Shown here one piece after another: positions 60,070 to 64,000 of a stretch of 64,000 nucleotides of DNA (position 1 is the stretch's first letter; each line of letters begins with the position of its first letter). This DNA comes from Narcine bancroftii (Eukaryota), in assembly GCF_036971445.1 (NCBI RefSeq), contig NC_091478.1, positions 29,016,001-29,080,000 on the forward strand, written 5' to 3'. The position numbers were made by a program, and so were the translations under genes. The notes under the pieces were generated by a model. That model saw only the letters and a list, made by a program, of their open reading frames with translations, made no database searches and was not told the origin of the DNA.

Positions 60070-60520
60070 TGTCCCATCACACTCCCAGAGACAGACACAG
60101 ACTGAAGCTCCCTTCAGACCATCCTGTCACATGCTCCTGGGGTCAGACACAGAGTGACACTCCCTCCACACTACCCCGTCACATACTCCTGAGGTCAGAC
60201 ACAGAGTGAAGCTCCCTCCGCACAGTCCCATCACAAACTCCTGGGGTCCAACAGAGTAAAGCTCCCTCCGCACCACCCCATCACACACTCCCAGGGCCAG
60301 ACACAGAGTGACGCTCCCTCCACACCATCCCATCAGATACTCCTGGGGTCAGACACAGAGTGACAGTCCCTCCACACCATCCCGTCACATACTCCTGGGG
60401 TCAGACACAGAGTGAAGCTCCCTCCGCACAGTCCCATCACAAACTCCTGGGGTCCAACAGAGTGACGCTCCCTCTACACTGTCCCATCACACTATCGCGG
60501 GGTCAGTGAATCTCCCTCTA
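60070..60520 (+). repeat. ~56-59-bp minisatellite (~8 copies)
   Basis: Unit approximately CCCATCACACACTCC(C/T)GGGGTCAGACACAGAGTGAAGCTCCCTCCACACCAT. Confidence 0.9.
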
Positions 60521-60749
60521 TGTGCACTCATACAAATGAATGCTCATACAATCCCAATCAATGACACTTGCCACCTCACTTGCACTAAGAAAACTTTATT
60601 ATAAATGCTTTTATTGCTTTATTTTATTCAGCAGACAGATAATTCCTGGATGGCACATGGATGGTGAAGGGTTATTCTATGGATTTTGTGCACAGTCAGG
60701 GAAAGAGCTCGCTGGAGGCATTTGCTTGAAGGTGACAGAGAACAAGCCA

Positions 60750-60988
60750 ACACTGTGGGGGGGTCACTGTGGAGGAATCTCTGTGGAGGGGTCACTGTGG
60801 GTGGCTACTGTGGGGGTCATTAAGGAGGGGTCACATTGGGGGGTCACAGTGGGAGGTTACTGTGAAGAGATCACGATAGGAGGGGCTACTGTGCGGGGGG
60901 GGTCACTGTGGGGTTGTCACTGTGGAAAGGTCACTGTGATGGGTCACTGTGGAGAAGTAAATTGTCAGGAAGGTCACTGTGGGGGGAG
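60750..60988 (+). repeat. G-rich ~16-18-bp tandem repeat
   Basis: Recurring GGGTCACTGTGG(G/A)G. Confidence 0.8.
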
Positions 60989-61653
60989 GGGGAAATCACT
61001 GCCTCTACATTGAAGGCTGAGGGTCTCAGTCAGTAGGGAGTTGAGGTGTGGGGGAACAGGCATGAAACTGCTCATCTTAATCAACCATGACACCAAAGGG
61101 GAGTGTAGGTTGAAAGGGCTGAGTGGCCCACTCCTGACCCACATTCTTGTGCCCAGTGGCACAGGAGGTAGTGCTGCTACCTCACTTCTCCCAAGGCCCT
61201 GGTTCTATCCTGACCTCAGCCTCTGTCTGTTTGGAGTTTGCATGTTCTTCCTGTGACCACATGGATTTCCTACAAGTCCTTCTAGACAAGTGCTTGTATC
61301 ACAGCGCAGAAGCCAATGTACCTAATGTGGTAAAGAAGGATCAAATGGGACAAATGGCCAGTTTCTGACAAGACAGTTATCCTGTATGAATCTCACAGGT
61401 AAAACTCTGCTGTCTCTGCTCCAAACCAACCGATCTCTCTCCATCACTCTGCACTGTACTCTTGTTTCTCAGTCGTACTACATATGGACTGACTAGCTGG
61501 ATAGCTCGCTGTGAACTGTACATTGCTCTATTCCCCATGACTGTTCCCAATTCCCATGTCTTCTGTAGGGCAGGGTAGTAAAATTTGGGGGGAGGTGAAG
61601 AGGGTGGGAGAATAGGTGATGGGGAACCTGAATGGGATTGTTCTGTAAAAATG

Positions 61654-62460
61654 CAATGCCGGAGAAACTCAGCAGGTCAGACAGTGAACTTTATGGTTCA
61701 TAGATACAGATTGAGTTTAACCTGGGCAAGTGTGAGATAGAGATACCTTTCTTCAAAGTATAAGCAAAATGTAGGCAGGCACCCAAACAAAATGGTGGAA
61801 GGAGGGGCAGGAGCACAGACCCACAGGCAGGTGGTAATAGGTGGATAAGGGAAAGGGGACACCAGCAAACAGGGGGAGGGGGAATGGCTCTGTGAATGGA
61901 GAAGGAAGTGGGTGGAGAGCTGGAAGAAAGAAGATGGAGAGATGGGGAAGAGAGAGAGAGAGAACAGGCTAACCTCTCTGACCTAGAGAAGGCCACAACG
62001 AGAAAACCAGATGCAGTAGATGACTCCCGCAGATTCTCAAACTGGATGCAGACTGGGAGATCACTGAGCACATTCGCTCCGTTCACATCTGTGACAGGGA
62101 TTCCCCCAGTGGCCAACCATTACAGTTCTGCGCCCCACTCCTGTGCTGATATATCTGTTTGTGGCCTCATGTACTGTCAAACTAAGATCACCCATTAATT
62201 GGAGGAACAACACCTAATTTTCTGTCCAGGCACACCCCAACCGGATGACATTAACATCAACTCCTTTGGATTCTGGTATCCACCTATTACCCCCTGCCTG
62301 TAGGACTGTGCTCCTCCCCCTGACCCCCACCATTTTTTCAGACACCTGTCTACATTTTGCTCATACTTTGATGAAGGGCTCAAGCCCGAAACATCTTTAT
62401 CTTTGCTATATTAAGAACACTGTTTAACCTGATGAGTTTCTCCGGCATTGTGTGTTTTTA
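61654..62460 (+). mobile_element. Penelope-like retroelement remnant with inverted termini
   Basis: Degenerate GIY-YIG C-terminus (PVANHYSSAPHS...GLMYCQ...LEEQHLIF). Flanked by AATGCCGGAGAAACTCA / TGAGTTTCTCCGGCATT. Confidence 0.65.
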
Positions 62461-62681
62461 CTTCAACCACAGTATCTGAAGACTTTTTCATGTTTTACTT
62501 CTGGGATTGTTTTGTGAAGGGGGGAGAAGGCCAATGGAAGAGAAGGAAAAGCTGGTGATGATATTCTTCCTTTTCTCTCCCTTTCTTTCACTTCCTCACT
62601 CCCATTCTCCCCCTGCTACAGGTGAGGGATCCGCACCAGTACTGGAGGAGAGGAGACCTGAGGGCTGGGATTGGACAACCA

Positions 62682-63068
62682 CTAAACCTGGGTCAGTCTG
62701 GTGCCACTTGCGGGCCCCCAGCTCCTGGCTGCTTGCCTGCCAGGCACCCCAGCACTGAGCGGAGGCTTGGCATTGCTCCATTGTTGTAGCAGTAGGTTCA
62801 TCTGGTCCTTGCTGGTGATGCCATGAAGAGGCTCTCCCTCCTTCGATCCCACGCCACCCTGCACGCTGTCAAAGAACTCACTGACACACTGCTCCGCGAG
62901 GCAGTGCGCATGCTCACGGCACATCTCCTCGAAGACCTTCTGCTCCAGATCAAGGAAGTTGCCCCAGTACCACGTCTGAAGAAGGGTGACGTGTTGAGAG
63001 CACGGCCTCAGGGAGCGAGCCAGGAACACCAACAGCATCAGCAGGAGCAAGGTGATCCAGCCCAGAGC
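62682..63068 (-). CDS. CALHM3: CALHM-family terminal coding exon, probably CALHM3
   Basis: cctcag|ALGWITLLL...LRPC...YWGNFLDLEQKVFEE...EHA...KPPL...GTRLTQV*. It lies upstream of CALHM1 on the same strand, as CALHM3 does in mammals. Paralog assignment is inferred. Confidence 0.72.
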   Translation of the reverse strand, partial: ALGWITLLLLMLLVFLARSLRPCSQHVTLLQTWYWGNFLDLEQKVFEEMCREHAHCLAEQCVSEFFDSVQGGVGSKEGEPLHGITSKDQMNLLLQQWSNAKPPLSAGVPGRQAARSWGPASGTRLTQV

Positions 63069-64000
63069 CTGAGGACACAGGGGCAACAAGCAGAGAGATC
63101 AAGCTTGGTCCTGGAATAAAACCCTCATGACCAGCACAGGCCCCAGAGATCCTCCTGAATCCACATTGACCCTGGGTACCCATAGGACATTACAGCACAG
63201 AAACAGGCCCTTTGGCCAGAAAGGGAAGAGCCTCATTGATGTGATCAGAAGATGCATCCCTTTGCACCGAGCTTTCTATCATCACGTGAACCAATGTCTT
63301 CATTTCACCACCCAGGCCTACCCCACCGAAGCCGAGGTCAGAAGGAAGGAACTGGATGCCGTTGTGGATAGTGAGAAAGGTTGTCAAATGATAGAGCCCA
63401 TATGAAAGTTTGTGTGAAGAAATGGCAGGTTGAAGTTTACACTTGGGCAAGGGAAGTGAGAGAGCAGGAGTCAATGCAGAGCAGGTCTGAGATCTTGGTG
63501 GGGCCAAATTGGGATATCTGGATCCGGAGTTGGAAGCCATGAGGCACAAGATGGCAGCAGAGGCAAATAGCGAGGAAGGACACGTGGCTGTGGAAGTGAG
63601 TCTAGATAGGTTTTGGCAAGAGAAGCAAAGAAAGCAGGAGTCAATGCAGTGCAGTGCAGGTACTTGAGATCCTGGAAGGTGACAATCTAAATGGTAGATT
63701 GAGTTTAATCTGGACAAGTGTGAGGTGATGGACTTTGAGAAGCAGCAGGACCCTGATGCACATTGAGGAAAATGGGAATAATTCAGGAAATTATCAGCCA
63801 GTGAACCTCACATCAGTGGTAGGGAAGCCAGTGGAGAGGATATTAAGGGATAGGGCTACTAAGAGATAGGATTTCTGGAAAGTCCTAGTCAGATTAGGGA
63901 CAGTCAGCATGGGTCTATGAGGGGCAGGTCATATTGTACAAATTTGAGATTTTAAGGAGGTGACAAAGATGGGTGATGAGGGTAGGACAGTAGATGCTGT

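Noticed and set aside
53682-63068. CALHM genes nested inside a PDCD11 intron
   Set aside because: I found no remaining PDCD11 exons right of the gap; loss in the gap is simpler and fits known synteny.
62682-63068. This exon as CALHM1 exon 2
   Set aside because: It lies upstream of CALHM1 exon 1 on the - strand, so it cannot splice to it unless the region is misassembled.

Overview
Vertebrate genomic DNA. The repeat landscape (CR1, RTE, L1, Penelope, tRNA-SINEs) suggests a cartilaginous fish, probably a batoid; this is inference. The + strand carries nearly all of PDCD11/RRP5: a probable non-coding exon 1 ending at 845, then 34 coding exons from ATG 3594 to 52440 that splice in frame (5107 nt, ~1702 codons; S1 repeats then HAT/TPR repeats). 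The last PDCD11 exons are absent, most likely lost in a 200-N assembly gap (53435-53634). Past the gap, the - strand holds CALHM1 coding exon 1 (54233-53682) and a terminal exon of a CALHM3-like paralog (63068-62682), matching the vertebrate PDCD11-CALHM cluster. A CCAAT-rich, probably bidirectional promoter lies at ~550-850. I found no convincing new biological system. The most notable oddities are: a U12-type intron next to an apparently extra intron; a 36-bp in-frame tandem repeat made from a splice junction; a 5'-intact, 3'-truncated L1 with a target-site duplication; a ~98% identical 249-bp inverted duplication upstream of CALHM1; and a 5S-rRNA-headed SINE.
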